From NCBI GenBank assembly GCA_024137785.1, contig JAHRHZ010000041.1, forward strand, positions 25,055,009-25,119,008: a stretch of 64,000 nt of DNA. The letters run 5' to 3'. Origin of the DNA: Ginglymostoma cirratum (Eukaryota). Made by a program: the position numbers and the translations under genes. Below are positions 63,353-64,000 of this stretch, in pieces; the first letter of the stretch is position 1, and each line of letters begins with the position of its first letter. Below the pieces are notes generated by a model. It saw only the letters and a program-made list of their open reading frames with translations. It was not told the DNA's origin and did not search any database.

Positions 63353-64000
63353 CATAGAACATAGAACATTACAGCGCAGTACAGGCCCTTCGGCCCTCGA
63401 TGTTGCGCCAACCTGTGAAACCAATCGGAAGCCCATCTAACCTACACTTTTCCCTTATCATCCATATGTTTATCCAATGACCATTTAAATGCCCTTAAAG
63501 TTGGCGAGTCTACTACTGTCGCAGGCAGGGCATTCCACGCCTTTACTACTCTCTGAGTAAAGAACCTACCTCTGACATCTGTCCTATATCTATCACCCCT
63601 CAATTTAAAGCTATGTCCCCTCGTGCTAGCCATCACCATCCGAGGAAAAAGGCTTTCACTGTCCACCCTATCTAATCCTCTGATTATCTTGTATGTCTCT
63701 ATTAAGTCACCTCTTAACTTTCTTCTCTCTAACGAAAACAGCCTCAAGTCCCTCAGCCTTTCCTCATAAGACATTCCCTCCATACCAGGCAACATCCTGG
63801 TAAATCTCCTCTGCACCCTTTCCAATGTTTCTACATCCTTTCTATAATGTGGCGACCAGAACTGCACGCAATACTCCAAGTCCGGCCGCACCAGCGTTTT
63901 GTACAGCTGCAACATGACCTCACGGCTCTGAAACTCAATCCCTCTATCAATAAAACCTAACACACTGTACGCCTTCCTAACAACCCTATCAACCTGAGTG
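63353..64000 (-). mobile_element. Young CR1 LINE 3' end, continuing beyond the window
   Basis: ORF 63442-63963 (LYKTLVRPDLEYCVQFWSPHYRKDV...RGDLIETYKIIRGLDRVD...FFTQRVVKAWNALP) with intact stop, CpG-rich 3'UTR and (CATAGAA)n tail. Confidence 0.96.

Noticed and set aside
1-64000. CRISPR array or prokaryotic/phage system
   Set aside because: The recurring short sequences are dispersed, in both orientations and belong to SINE/LINE/PLE families. There are no regularly spaced repeats, no operons and very low coding density.

Overview
Eukaryotic, repeat-rich, apparently non-coding DNA (intergenic or intronic). The HE1-type V-SINE and Deu-domain SINEs suggest a shark or other elasmobranch (inference). 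I can support no intact host protein-coding exon, tRNA/rRNA gene or CRISPR array. The recognisable ORFs come from transposons: CR1-group LINE ORF2 fragments, a Penelope-like element (PLE) with a decayed GIY-YIG endonuclease, a fossil Harbinger/PIF DDE transposase, and several Myb/SANT partner-gene remnants. The most striking signal is about 11 loci of PLE terminal-repeat fragments carrying minimal type I hammerhead-ribozyme motifs, intact or decayed (CUGANGA-stem II-GAAAC-GUH). Five of these loci are short head-to-head fold-back insertions, four with 12-16 bp target-site duplications, and one has inserted at the hammerhead cleavage region of an older copy. Several repeat-free, homeodomain/TALE-motif-rich islands may be conserved enhancers, including a canonical Pbx-Hox plus Meis pair at 60698-60755. 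There is a 400-N assembly gap at 48762-49161. All family assignments are by eye from recalled family motifs, no searches were run, and boundaries of old repeats are approximate.
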